Source: Neophaeotheca triangularis
Taxonomy: Eukaryota
Direction: 5' to 3'
DNA length: 64,000 nt
NCBI GenBank assembly: GCA_054600435.1
Contig: BAAIJX010000006.1
Span: forward strand, 248,001-312,000
Shown here: positions 35,359 through 46,074 of the stretch, in pieces
How positions within the stretch are numbered: the stretch's first letter is position 1
Layout of the letters: every line of letters starts with the position of its first letter
Program-made: the position numbers and the translations under genes
Notes under the pieces: model-generated
Database searches by the model: none
What the model was told of the DNA's origin: nothing
Seen by the model: the letters and a program-made list of their open reading frames with translations, nothing else

Positions 35359-37107
35359 ATGGCTTCCGAACCCACTGATGCCGCGGCCAAACCGCAGGAG
35401 CTGCCTGAGCGACCCAAGGACGGCGCGGGCGAAGGCGGCGACGACAAGGGCCCCTCCAAGAGCGCGCTGAAGAAAGCAGCCAAAGAAGCGGAAAAGGCAG
35501 AGAAGAAGGCGAAACGCGAGGCCGCCGAGGCCGCGCAAAAGAAAGAGCAGGAGTCCAACGATATCTCCAAAGACGACTATGGCGAGCTGCCCATGATCGG
35601 CTCGCAGGCCTACACGCCGCCCAAGGAGAAGGTACCTCGTGTCAACCTGTCCGAGATCGCGGAGCAGTTCAGCGATACTAGTAAAATGGATGAGGCCGGC
35701 GGGCCACACATTGTTTTTCGCGCGGTTGTGGAGAATGCGAGGAGCCAGAGCGCGAAGTTAGGGTTTTTGGTTTTCAGGCAGGGCATGGCGACGATTCAGG
35801 CCGTTGTTGCCGCCAGCGAGACTCTCAGCAGGCAGATGGTGAAGTTCTCGAGCTCGATTCCGGCTGAGTCGATTGTTTTGGTGCATGCGCTTGTTAAGAA
35901 GCCGTTGGAGCCGGTCAAGAGCACGACGATTCAACATTTGGAGGTGCATGTTAAGAAGCTGTATATTGTCGCCAAAGCGGACGCTATGCTGCCCATGCAA
36001 GTTGAGGATGCCGAGAGGCCTATTCCCGGTGAGGGCGATCAGGAAGAGAACGCTGCTGATGGACGACCGATTGTCACGCTCAACACTCGCCTCAACAACC
36101 GTGTCATCGATCTGCGAGGCAAGCACAACCACGCCATCTTCACGATCAAGGATGGCGTGACGGCTCTGTTCCAGGAGTTCTTGCGTGGCAGAGGCTTTAT
36201 CGGCGCCCAAACTCCTCGTCTCCTCGGCGCTGCCTCCGAAGGCGGTTCTTCCGTCTTTCCAGTCTCCTACTTCGCCACCAAGGCCTTCCTCGCACAATCC
36301 CCACAGCTCTACAAGCAGATGCTCATCGCCTCGCGCTTCGAGAGAGTCATGGAGACGGGCCCCATCTTCCGCGCCGAAAACAGCAACACAGCGCGCCACT
36401 TGACCGAATTCACCGGCCTGGATCTCGAAATGGCGTTCGAAGAAGACTACCACGAGGTCGTCTCGCTCATCGAAGAGCTCATGCTCTTCATCTTCAACGG
36501 GCTACGTACACGCTACAAGAAAGAAACCGACCTCGTCTGCAGCATCTACCACGTCGAGCCATTCGCACTGCCCTCCGCCGGCAATGTCCCGCGCATCCCC
36601 TTCCCGGAAGGCATCGCCATGCTCCGCGAAGACGGCGTAGAAATCGGCGACTTCGACGACCTGTCGACCCCCGACGAGAAACGCCTCGGCGCCCTGGTTC
36701 TCAAGAAATACGGCTCCGACTTCTACGTCCTAGACAAGTACCCCCTCGCCATCCGGCCCTTCTACACAATGCCCTCAGCCGAAACACAAGCGGCCTACGA
36801 CCCCGCGAATCCCAACGCCGGCTACAGCAACAGCTACGACTTTTTCATGCGTGGTCAAGAGATTATGAGCGGTGCGCAGCGAATCCACGATGCGGCCTTT
36901 TTGGAGAAGCGTATGCGGGAACACGAGAGCCCCGTCGACCCTAAGAGCGATGGGCTCAGGGATTATGTCAATGCGTTTAGATACGGCTGTCCGCCGCATG
37001 CGGGTGGTGGTATTGGGCTGGAGCGAATTGTGATGCTTTGGTTGGGATTGCCGAACGTGAGGTTGGCGAGTTTGTTCCCTAGGGATCCTAGTCGGTTGAT
37101 GCCGTAA
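35359..37107 (+). CDS. DPS1: Cytosolic aspartyl-tRNA synthetase (intronless, 582 aa)
   Basis: RLNNRVIDLR, LAQSPQLYKQM, motif 2 FRAENSNTARHLTEF, GQEIMSGAQRIH and motif 3 PPHAGGGIGLER. Confidence 0.96.
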   Translation: MASEPTDAAAKPQELPERPKDGAGEGGDDKGPSKSALKKAAKEAEKAEKKAKREAAEAAQKKEQESNDISKDDYGELPMIGSQAYTPPKEKVPRVNLSEIAEQFSDTSKMDEAGGPHIVFRAVVENARSQSAKLGFLVFRQGMATIQAVVAASETLSRQMVKFSSSIPAESIVLVHALVKKPLEPVKSTTIQHLEVHVKKLYIVAKADAMLPMQVEDAERPIPGEGDQEENAADGRPIVTLNTRLNNRVIDLRGKHNHAIFTIKDGVTALFQEFLRGRGFIGAQTPRLLGAASEGGSSVFPVSYFATKAFLAQSPQLYKQMLIASRFERVMETGPIFRAENSNTARHLTEFTGLDLEMAFEEDYHEVVSLIEELMLFIFNGLRTRYKKETDLVCSIYHVEPFALPSAGNVPRIPFPEGIAMLREDGVEIGDFDDLSTPDEKRLGALVLKKYGSDFYVLDKYPLAIRPFYTMPSAETQAAYDPANPNAGYSNSYDFFMRGQEIMSGAQRIHDAAFLEKRMREHESPVDPKSDGLRDYVNAFRYGCPPHAGGGIGLERIVMLWLGLPNVRLASLFPRDPSRLMP

Positions 37108-37400
37108 GGTGGAGAAAGTCGAGATGAAGAACATGGATTCGGTCATTGCGGTGGGCCGAAGAGTGGCCTGGCTACATTACGTATGAAAAGAGTTTATTTC
37201 ACGCCTGCAGTACACCTTCCTCTTGCTACGGCGTCTCATCAACAGCATGCTTGGCCCATCCCTCCCGGTTGATCTCGAGGCTGAAAGATCTCGGCACATC
37301 GAAATGGATACCGAACGCTTACAGGACAATTTGCTACTGTGGGGCATGCAAACGGGTATGTACACTGTATTCAACAAGCGAGCTTCACCCTCACAATCGT

Positions 37401-39478
37401 TCACTCCAGCCCTTTGCCCTCTCGCAAGAGCTGCACTCCAATCTCTTTGAGCTTGAACTTTTGAATCTTCCCACTCGCGGTCTTTGGAAAATCATCCGTC
37501 CAGAAAATATACTTCGGCACTGCCGACATATCAGCAACTGCCTTCGGCCTTCCGCAGAATCGTAAAGCAAACGAAAGGAAAAACTTACCAAGATGTCCAC
37601 TCAACTTCTCCCTCACCCACTCCCTAATACCCTCGGCCCCAAGCACAGCGCCCTCCTTCCTAACAATAAAAGCCGCTACAACCTCGCCATACCTCTCATC
37701 GGGCAAACCAACCACACTGACTCCCCCAATCCCCTCCAGCCCTAGCAAACAATTCTCCACCTCCAGCGGATGAATATTCTCGCCACCCCGGATAATCAAA
37801 TCCTTGATCCTACCCGTAATACTCACATACCCCTCCGCGTCCATGCTCGCCTCATCTCCCGTCATCATCCATAATTTCTCCGGATCGTTGGTGTCCGGAA
37901 TCATCACCTCGGTCGTTCTGGCCGCGTCGTTCCAGTATTCTTTCATCAGCAGGTATCCCGAGACGGCGAGCTCGCCGCGCTCGTCGATGCCCAGAGTCTG
38001 GTGCGGCGGGGTCGTGGACACGACTTTGGCTTCGACGTGCGGCAGTAGGCGGCCGACGGTCGCGACCCGTTTGTCCAGCGGGTCGTCGGTGCGCGTCATG
38101 CAGCTCACGGGAGATGTCTCGGTCATGCCGTAGCAGATTGTAAGCTCGTGCAGGTTCAGGGTCTTGTGTAGTCTGCGCATCAGCTCCGTGGGGACGCTAC
38201 TGCCGGCGCCGATGCCCGTGCGTAAGTGCTCGAAACCTGCGTGTGGTACGGTGCCGTTGGCGAGGAGTTCGAGCTCGGCGAGGAACATGGTCGCGACGCC
38301 GTAAAGGGCGGTACATTTGTAGTCTTGGACGGCTTGGAGCGTGGCGAGGGGGTCGAAGGCTTCGGTTGGGAAGACGATGGCGCTGCCGTGAGTGGCGGTT
38401 GCCATGTACCCGAGGATGCAGCCGAAGCAGTGGAAGAGAGGCGGCGGGCAGCAGACGATGTCTTCGGGGGTCAGTAGCATGCGGTCGCCGATTTGGGCGC
38501 CGTTGTTGAGGATGCTGCGGTGGGAGAGGCAGGCGGCTTTTGCTGTGGGGAAATGTCAGCTAAGTCGGCATCGGCATGGAAGGGGGGATGTTGCGGCTTA
38601 CGCATCGATGTCGTCCCAGATGTGAACTGAATATTCACGACATCATCTTTGTGCAGCCCTTGATCCGGCAAGTCCATTGTTCGGTTCCCCTCCAGGACAT
38701 CACGGAAAGGCACCGTAGCTTTCCAGTCCCGGACATCCACCCTTCCCTGGGAATTCTCGACGACAACAACCTGCTTCAAACTGGGCACCAACTCACTCTC
38801 CACCTTGCCACCTCTAGCAATCCCCGGAACCAGATACTCCAACAGCGCCTCGTTGCTCCTCGGCGGCTTGCGGCTCAGATTCGTCTCAGTGCCAATGACC
38901 AAGTGCGAAGCATCCAAGTGCGCCAGAGCGGCAACAACTTGCTGGATATTGAACGAAGGGTTCAAAGGTACGAGGATCGCGCCGAGTTTGAAGAGCGCAT
39001 ATGTGATGGTGGCGAACTCGAGGTTGTTGCCTAGCGAGACGGCTACGCGGTCGCCTTTGCGGACTCCGATGCTTTGGAGCCCGCGCGCGAGGGAGTTGCT
39101 TTTCGAGTCGAGGTCGTGGTAGCTGAGTTGGGCTTGTTGGTGGCGGGAGATGACTCTGTGGTTTGGTGTCAGTCGTGTCATTTCGTCTGGGACTCTTCAC
39201 GATATCGGGACTTGCGCTGGACGATCGCCATGTCGGGAGACGATTGAGGCGAAGTGCTGGGGTACGGTTTGTTCGAAGAGAAGCGGCTATATGGCGAGTG
39301 ATTAGAGGTATAATTCAACATCTGTCGTCGTTTTCCACTGGACATATGATACTTCAGTAGGCCCCTTGTCGTGAGCAACAGTCAACAACCCACGTCGATG
39401 TAATCCGGCCACTTTCCGCGTGCTTCCAAGCGTCGTCAAGCATGATTGCCCGCGGCTACGTATAGCCCTTGACAGCAT
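37401..39478 (-). CDS. Mitochondrial AMP-dependent acyl-CoA synthetase, ACSF2-like (introns 39287-39352, 39156-39215 [GC-AG], 38543-38601, 37520-37588)
   Basis: QFTSGTTSM-PKA, YGMTETSP, TGD, GRIKDLIIRGGEN and PKTASGKIQK. The presequence MLSRAIRSRG... was reconstructed by splicing. Confidence 0.88.
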
Positions 39479-39841
39479 ACCTATTGAACCCTAACATCGA
39501 ACGGAAGTCGTAGGCTAATGATAACAATGCCAACTCGATGTCTTGGTGAGAGTCTACCTTGGAGCTGGGGTTGAAACAAAGCCCAGTGGAGGTATCCCAC
39601 ATTGCCGGGGTAGTGGAGAAGCATGCGGGGTCGACCAATGTGAGCAAGCCGACCGAGTTCGTCAAAGGTTCGCGTTCGGATGCTACCTGCCACCGAACGT
39701 TCAACGAGAGTATCGATGCAACATACACGGCGAGACACAAAGAGGAACGATTATGGATGATATAAATGCCATCATCAACGCTATTCCAACGCCAATAATC
39801 CAAGAGCAGGCCCATGTATTGCAATCGCAGTCGCAACAACA

Positions 39842-42800
39842 CTAGGCGGGTATCATTCTCCTCGAAACAGGCGCCATGCTCCGATTCGCTTTTTTCTTTT
39901 CGGAACCAATCAAAGCAACGCCACCATCCGTGTCAACCTCCTCTAAACTCAGAGCCTCGACGGCGTCGACGACGGTGTCTGTCTTCTCGACTTGAGCGCC
40001 GTCGCCAGAACCTTCATCGCACAATTCCATCGCTGTCACCTTCCGTTCATTGCTTGTCAGTTCTGAATTTGTTCTCGTGGGTTGAACAACCAGCTTCTGG
40101 ATTTCCGAGCAATCATAAGCTGGTCCAAGAGCCCTGAAAGCTTCTCCCATCGCCTCGAGCTTGTCCACGCCGTTTACCCCGGGCAGTGCGACCCTGCCCG
40201 CACCAAGAGTAGCGCGCATATCCTCGACCATTAAGTCCATCGGACAAATATAGGTCCTCCCACTCCTCTCGGCCAACACATGACCGCACACTCCGCCGGT
40301 TTCGTTACTGATAACCCAGGCGCCACTGTCTCCACCAACGCCAAAGTCTCCTTTCACCGTCCAACTGGCAGAGAAAGTACTCCGTCCATGGATCTTGACG
40401 AGATCCATGGTCGGAGATATTGTGCCGTGAGCGAGACCAGAAGTCCGGCCGAGGCAATGAACGTTGGCACCGGGGAGAGCTGAAGAGGGTAAGACAGTCG
40501 TTGCTACGGTGTCAGTTGCGCAGTCTGGGGATGGCGAAGTCGAGCAATATTGCGATCCGTTCTTGATGACGTTGAAAGGATGTACGCGAGGTGGTAACAG
40601 CTCGAAGAGTGCCCAGTCAATCTCTTGTGGTAGTGATGCGGTTATGCCTTTGTAGCCTTCTTTCGTCGAGTGCATGTTTGTGCGCTTCAGGCCGGAGGAG
40701 GCGTGAATGGCACCGAGTTTGAAGGAAAGTAGGTGATCTTCGTCAATGACCGACTGGGAGTCGCCATCTTGATCGTCATCATCGGGATCGGCATGGAGGT
40801 CGCAAGAAATGGCATCGTCGAGGGCAGGCTGGGTGATTTCGATGTCAAAGATCTCGCCGGGAAGCAAGCCGGGGGTGTCTTCGTTGACTGGCTCATCGAC
40901 AGTGTCGTCGGAGGTAGACGAGACCTGCTTCACCGTGCTTTCGGCCTCAGATGGCGCGGGAATGGTAGCGTCGTCGTCATCGTCAGAGGCGCTGCCGATG
41001 CTTGAAGTTTCCGAGCTGTTGTCGTCATCTTCAACATCGTTTTGGCCCTCGTCGATATCTTGCTCCAGCATATGATGCACGCTCATCCCATACGGCGCGC
41101 CGTCCACCAAAACTATACCGCCGAGGGAGACAGGGGGAAGGTGCTCATCGTCTTTGTACGCGCCGATAGACGCACCGCACAGGGGTCGCTCTTGATAGAA
41201 TGGATTGACGGCAACCAGATCAGAATCGTTTGCCATGCTTCTCATCACATGAACGTCACCATCAGCGCGAGCAGGCCCCCTGGACCTTGTGACCTTCCCC
41301 TTCTTCACCTTAACGTCAAATGGGCACGGTACGCATTTGAAGTGCTTTCGGAGCACCCGCTTGACCTTGTCAGTCGAAGCGCAATGCACTAGGTATGTCG
41401 GCCGAGCAGTTTCTGCAGTCTCTCCGTAGTGCGTGAAGGCGATCGAGCAAGATTCTGGCGAGCCTTTGAGCGCCCTCTCCACGAGACGTGACAGCTGGCC
41501 CATAGTAGTGGCATGCCACTCATCCGTAACCTCAGGTGCCATGCTCAGTGCAAACTCTTTGCGAATAGGCCGGTGTTCCCTTGTCGGCGTCCCAACCCTC
41601 TCCTGCTCGATTGATAAGTCCGACAATGTCTGGGTTGGTGCAGTGACATCTTGAGGGTCTGTAGAAGAAGAATGTAGAGAATGGACCCCACGCTCGCTTG
41701 TCGTAGATGTTGACGATGCTTGAGTTTGCACTGCCCGCTGAGCTTTGCCGCGTCGGTCGTGCTCGCGCCATGCTTGTTTGGTCAGTTTTACCTTGTTTTT
41801 CATTTCCGCGATAGTTTGCTTTGTGCCTTGTGGAACTGAGGGAGGGTTGAAGTGTAGGTCTTCGATGTCAACGTCCCCAATCTCGTGGTCGCGAGGGGAT
41901 GTGGTCGACTGATCTGCAGTAAACACCGTTGAGGCAGTGTCTGGCAGAGCAAAAGAAGTAGCCGGCGTCTCTGGAGGAGTCTCAGTTTGTGCGCGAAAGC
42001 TTCGTTGCGGCGCCAGCGTCTGCCTCGCGGTTGCCGTCTCATCGGGGATCTTTGCATCCTGGCGCCTCGACTGCCATTCCTGAATCACCGAGGAGTGACT
42101 GAGACGGTCGACAGACACAATGTCCTCTTCATCGATAAGACAGCATCTTCTTAGGCGATGAAGCATCTGCCCGTAGACTTCTTGGACGATGCTGTAATCG
42201 GCCTCGCTGTTGTTGGCAATTTGCATACACGCTTCGACCGCACGCATGTATGAAGAGCCACACTTCGCCGCAAGCTTAGGTATCCAAAGTTTCTCAAGGC
42301 GTGTCTGAAAGTCAGCAAGGGTATACTTCGGTTTGTACAGGTCGCCAAGGGGATGCCAGAGGCCAATCTCAAGTAGCAGCAAAGCTAGGCCGTACAGGTC
42401 GTACTTGATGTCACCGATGTCACCTGCATCCGCCGCTTGGTCGTCATGTGTTGGGTGTCTGTAGAGGTTGAAGTTTGATGTTCTATTGCGGCCTTCGAAC
42501 TTGTCTCTCGAAAAGATGTCGAAAGATGCCCACAGTGGAAAGCGCATCTGATTTTGACGAGAAGCGAAGGGTTCGCTCGCCGTAACCGGAAAGACGACGC
42601 TACTACTGTTGACGTTGCCATGGGGTATACCTATGTCGTGCATCGGTTGAAGCTGTTCAGCAAGACGCACAGCCAGGCGGAAGCGGTCCTCGAGCGCGGG
42701 AGCGGCACCATCACCACTGCTTGACTTGTCCTTTTGCACCAGCTTGAGCAAGCTAAGCGGCGCTTTCAGGGTGTTCTCGTCATGCTTAGACTGCCTGGTG

Positions 42801-43858
42801 TCTCCCCTTAGAGCCTGCTGCACGGCGTACGGGAGGTCGTAGATCAGGCCTATGCGAGGTTGGCTGTCGTCTTCAAAGAAGCCGATAATGCTGAGATTGG
42901 TTTGCGCCTCCGGTCGCATTGGACGAAAGACCCTTGCGACAGTCTCCAAGCGTTGCATTGGGGGAGCAACGCCCGTTTCTCGATAGGTGGGATCGTAGTC
43001 GCAATATTCGATTAACACAGACACTTCTGCCTCGTCGCTTCCCAGCGCGTCGTGAACACCAGCAACAACGTTTCTGCGGATCAATTTCGCCATCACTCTT
43101 GTGTAAGTCGGCACTCCGATAGCTTCGTATGGCGGCGGGCCTTCAAGAGGGATCTTGAGAGCGTTCATTTCGATGCGAGGTGGTAGGCCTACATATGGTG
43201 AGAGCGCTGGTCGTGAGAAAGTTTGCGGCTTGATCGATGGCGGATCTACGAGCGTAGTGTTCATCGATCCGAAGCTGGGTGTCTTTTTCAGGTGCTTCGG
43301 AACGGCGGATGGCTTCTTCTCCGACTTGGTCGACCGGATCGATGGGGTTGTCGGTTTGAAGCGTGGGTGCTCACCGCGAGCCAAGGCCTTCCGTGATCGA
43401 GACAGGTCGTAAAGCGTATCTACAGAAGCGGTTAAGTCGTTGAGTAGATCTTTGAATTTCGATTCGTCATATTGAAATGGTGCGATCGTAGGAATCGTCT
43501 TTTCCTCACCCACGGCTGCTTGGGCAGTGGAACCTCGAGCGATACTTTCAGCTTGCTCGAAAACTTCTTTGATGTTATTGAGAACACTACCAACGGTTTC
43601 GGAGAGACCAGCTTTGACGACTGCCTCGTCGATGCTACCTTGCAGACCAGCTTCATCGTCGTTCCAAGCCAATCCCCAGGTGACGAACCGATCCTTTTGA
43701 ATACGGAACTTTCGGTGGAGCGTTGCGAAGTTGCAAGTAACGTTGGAGTTGACTGTGACGCTGTTTACAGCGGTGTGCTTGACATCGTTGTAGGCTTGAG
43801 TGAGTTGATTCTTCCTGACAGGCGCATCGCGAGCGGACGCATATGATAGAGGATCCAT
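39842..43858 (-). CDS. HeLo-domain + pseudokinase + trypsin-like serine protease protein (1338 aa)
   Basis: HeLo-like N-terminus (LHRKFRIQKDRFVTWGLAW). Kinase C-lobe motifs RFRLA..LA...HGNVNS..V, NLYRHP and DLYGLALLLLEIGLW. Protease motifs VHHML, DWALF, GRTSG and GDSGAW. Confidence 0.8.
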   Translation of the reverse strand: MDPLSYASARDAPVRKNQLTQAYNDVKHTAVNSVTVNSNVTCNFATLHRKFRIQKDRFVTWGLAWNDDEAGLQGSIDEAVVKAGLSETVGSVLNNIKEVFEQAESIARGSTAQAAVGEEKTIPTIAPFQYDESKFKDLLNDLTASVDTLYDLSRSRKALARGEHPRFKPTTPSIRSTKSEKKPSAVPKHLKKTPSFGSMNTTLVDPPSIKPQTFSRPALSPYVGLPPRIEMNALKIPLEGPPPYEAIGVPTYTRVMAKLIRRNVVAGVHDALGSDEAEVSVLIEYCDYDPTYRETGVAPPMQRLETVARVFRPMRPEAQTNLSIIGFFEDDSQPRIGLIYDLPYAVQQALRGDTRQSKHDENTLKAPLSLLKLVQKDKSSSGDGAAPALEDRFRLAVRLAEQLQPMHDIGIPHGNVNSSSVVFPVTASEPFASRQNQMRFPLWASFDIFSRDKFEGRNRTSNFNLYRHPTHDDQAADAGDIGDIKYDLYGLALLLLEIGLWHPLGDLYKPKYTLADFQTRLEKLWIPKLAAKCGSSYMRAVEACMQIANNSEADYSIVQEVYGQMLHRLRRCCLIDEEDIVSVDRLSHSSVIQEWQSRRQDAKIPDETATARQTLAPQRSFRAQTETPPETPATSFALPDTASTVFTADQSTTSPRDHEIGDVDIEDLHFNPPSVPQGTKQTIAEMKNKVKLTKQAWREHDRRGKAQRAVQTQASSTSTTSERGVHSLHSSSTDPQDVTAPTQTLSDLSIEQERVGTPTREHRPIRKEFALSMAPEVTDEWHATTMGQLSRLVERALKGSPESCSIAFTHYGETAETARPTYLVHCASTDKVKRVLRKHFKCVPCPFDVKVKKGKVTRSRGPARADGDVHVMRSMANDSDLVAVNPFYQERPLCGASIGAYKDDEHLPPVSLGGIVLVDGAPYGMSVHHMLEQDIDEGQNDVEDDDNSSETSSIGSASDDDDDATIPAPSEAESTVKQVSSTSDDTVDEPVNEDTPGLLPGEIFDIEITQPALDDAISCDLHADPDDDDQDGDSQSVIDEDHLLSFKLGAIHASSGLKRTNMHSTKEGYKGITASLPQEIDWALFELLPPRVHPFNVIKNGSQYCSTSPSPDCATDTVATTVLPSSALPGANVHCLGRTSGLAHGTISPTMDLVKIHGRSTFSASWTVKGDFGVGGDSGAWVISNETGGVCGHVLAERSGRTYICPMDLMVEDMRATLGAGRVALPGVNGVDKLEAMGEAFRALGPAYDCSEIQKLVVQPTRTNSELTSNERKVTAMELCDEGSGDGAQVEKTDTVVDAVEALSLEEVDTDGGVALIGSEKKKANRSMAPVSRRMIPA

Positions 43859-44199
43859 CCTGTCTGAGCGAGCATAGTCCAGCTAAATGCTTCCTTGGAG
43901 CGTTCGCGTCAAAGCCCGGAAATTGATGGAAGATTGAACGTGGTCGTTACCAGTGATGCAGTAGTCGAAAGAGTCGGGTAGAGGGAGGCATTTGCAGAAC
44001 TTCTTCACCATGTCAGCCTTGTGGTATGCTGAAGCCTAGGACGGACGAGGTGTGGTTGCTAAGGTAAGCTCTTGAATTTGGTTGCCTTGAAGGTCGCTAG
44101 CGCCACCCACTGCTACCACATCTGGTATCGCGCTGAAGCTCGGACCACACCTCATGTTGACCACCCTCGGCCTCCACGTGATGTCAAACTCACTCCATC

Positions 44200-44823
44200 A
44201 TGGCGGCGACGACAAATGACGCGTCGCAGACGCTCAAACTACTCGAAGAGCGCCTGAGACGAATCGAGTACGCAGTGAATGGCTACAATGAAGCAGACCA
44301 AACGGAACCGGAGCAGCAGCAGCGCTCGGCAGCTGCACGATTGAGGACTCTTGAACGAACACTACAAACGCTCGCGTCCAAATCACCCGCCACCGCCGAC
44401 ATCCTACGCTTACAGAAGCAGCATCCGGATATATTCCAGGCGCCAGCCGAATCTTCTGCCCGACCCATTTTGGCGCCTTCGTCTTTGGCTGCCTTGGTAC
44501 TCGCGCATGCTCCACTCTACCACTCCACTGCTGGCCACTTGAGGCAGCTCGAGACTCAGCATGTCCCAGATCCTGCTGATGCCGCGAAGTTGATTGCCAT
44601 GGAGCCGCGTTTGAGCAAAGCTTTTGCAAGAGAAGCCGAGCTGGCAAGGGAAGTTCAGGAATTGAGGGCGAGAAGTGCCAAGGCTGTAGAGGGTTGGTAT
44701 GAGGGCGGGGTACTGCATATGGGAGACCTATGGGCAGAATGGGAGGGACGGTTGAGGGATAGCGAGATTGTCGTTAGGCGAGCGGAGACCAGGAGAAAGA
44801 GGGAGGATGAGGGAACGGTCTGA
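44200..44823 (+). CDS. RO10: Dynactin p24 subunit / nuclear distribution protein RO10
   Basis: TL.LLE.RL.RIEY.V.G, LRARSA..V..WYE.GV..G..WAEWE.RL; coiled-coil character. Confidence 0.8.
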   Translation: MAATTNDASQTLKLLEERLRRIEYAVNGYNEADQTEPEQQQRSAAARLRTLERTLQTLASKSPATADILRLQKQHPDIFQAPAESSARPILAPSSLAALVLAHAPLYHSTAGHLRQLETQHVPDPADAAKLIAMEPRLSKAFAREAELAREVQELRARSAKAVEGWYEGGVLHMGDLWAEWEGRLRDSEIVVRRAETRRKREDEGTV

Positions 44824-45327
44824 CCTGGGTGACATTCTCATGTCGGAAATTCACCAGCATTGGCGGTATTACGCTCCTCAGAAAGCCACGAGGAGCATGC
44901 CTCCTTCTATACATTCGGCCTAGCATGTAGGCAAGCGCTGAGGAGAACCGTCGCTTCCCTTGGAATGTCGCTGCCTGGCGCCACACTGCAGTAACAGCGC
45001 CGCACTAAGCCCGAAGATCCTTGTCACTCGACAAACTTCATACGGGAAGGCCCGCGATGCGAAGGATCGCAAATGAATCAATAGAAAGAGTGCGCAATTG
45101 CATGCCACTTGATGCGTGTTAGTGGAAGTCGAAAGATTTTTTTGTTCTAGCATAGCTCAGTAGCAAGGAATCTATGCTTGGGGCATCTGGGTATCATCCC
45201 AAACCAAAACGCCGCCAGCGCCTACGCTGAAATCGAGCACCTTCACCCTGCATATCTTATCCCCGTCTTGTCTTAAATCGAGCCCACCACCCATGTGCAC
45301 GTCGCTCAAGCAAACACCTCGACATCT

Positions 45328-46074
45328 CTAAAAGTCCTGCACCCCCGTCTGTCCTTTCGGACTCCCCTCGCCCACAAACTCCTCGCCCTCCTCATCCAAC
45401 CACTTCTCCAGATCCTCCCTATCCTCCCTCTCCCAATCATCCAGCCCCCTATCCGTATCCACACTCTCATACTCAAACTCCTCATCCGCGCCCCTCAAAA
45501 ACCGCAATGTCATGACCTCCTGCCACTTCGCCAGACCCTCCTCCCGATCCTGCACCCTGTCATCCTGATCAGGCAGCGTCGCGATGACACCGCCATCCGC
45601 GCGCCTCTTGTACAAGAGCGGCGAATTGGGATCCGGGTTCGCGAGGACAGCTTCCTTGGCCATAGCCAACTCCGTGCCGCGGGAGAGGTCGGCAACGCGG
45701 TCTTCGCCGCCTACGGGTCCTCCATTGCTCGCCTCGCCAGCGTTGCTGGTGTTGCTGTGGTTGTTCTGTACGTTCGCGGTCCGCCTCACGGCCTCCTTCT
45801 CTGCTGTTGGTATGAAACGCCCCACGAGCTCTTCGTATAGGAAAGGGTCGGCGAATTCGAGAGAGGGCGAAGTGAAGTAGGTGGGGTGGGTGTCGAGGTA
45901 GCGCTTTCGCCGGTTTTTGACGCGGATGCGGTCGGAGTTGCGGTCGGCTTGATGTTCGCGCGCTAGGGTTTCGAGGGTCTTCGATTCGGTCTTGGATTTT
46001 TGGGGGGAAGTGCTTGGTTGGGATTGGTGGGTGAAATCCATTGTGCTCGAGGTTGTTGCTGGCAAGAGTGGCAT
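45328..46074 (-). CDS. CCDC97-like (DUF2052) protein
   Basis: VKNRRKRYL, ADPFLYEELV, W...MT.RFL.G.D..FEY..VD and E.W.DEE. Confidence 0.78.
   Translation of the reverse strand: MPLLPATTSSTMDFTHQSQPSTSPQKSKTESKTLETLAREHQADRNSDRIRVKNRRKRYLDTHPTYFTSPSLEFADPFLYEELVGRFIPTAEKEAVRRTANVQNNHSNTSNAGEASNGGPVGGEDRVADLSRGTELAMAKEAVLANPDPNSPLLYKRRADGGVIATLPDQDDRVQDREEGLAKWQEVMTLRFLRGADEEFEYESVDTDRGLDDWEREDREDLEKWLDEEGEEFVGEGSPKGQTGVQDF

Noticed and set aside
35758..36453. Long antisense ORFs over DPS1 (likewise over AVT, ANT1, OCH1 and others)
   Set aside because: These are shadow frames caused by GC-rich codon bias in the real genes.
28303..39478. Possible metabolic gene cluster (DUF3445, dienelactone hydrolase, acyl-CoA synthetase)
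   Set aside because: The genes are interspersed with housekeeping genes (MAG2, DPS1, 5S), and there is no backbone synthase, cluster regulator or transporter.
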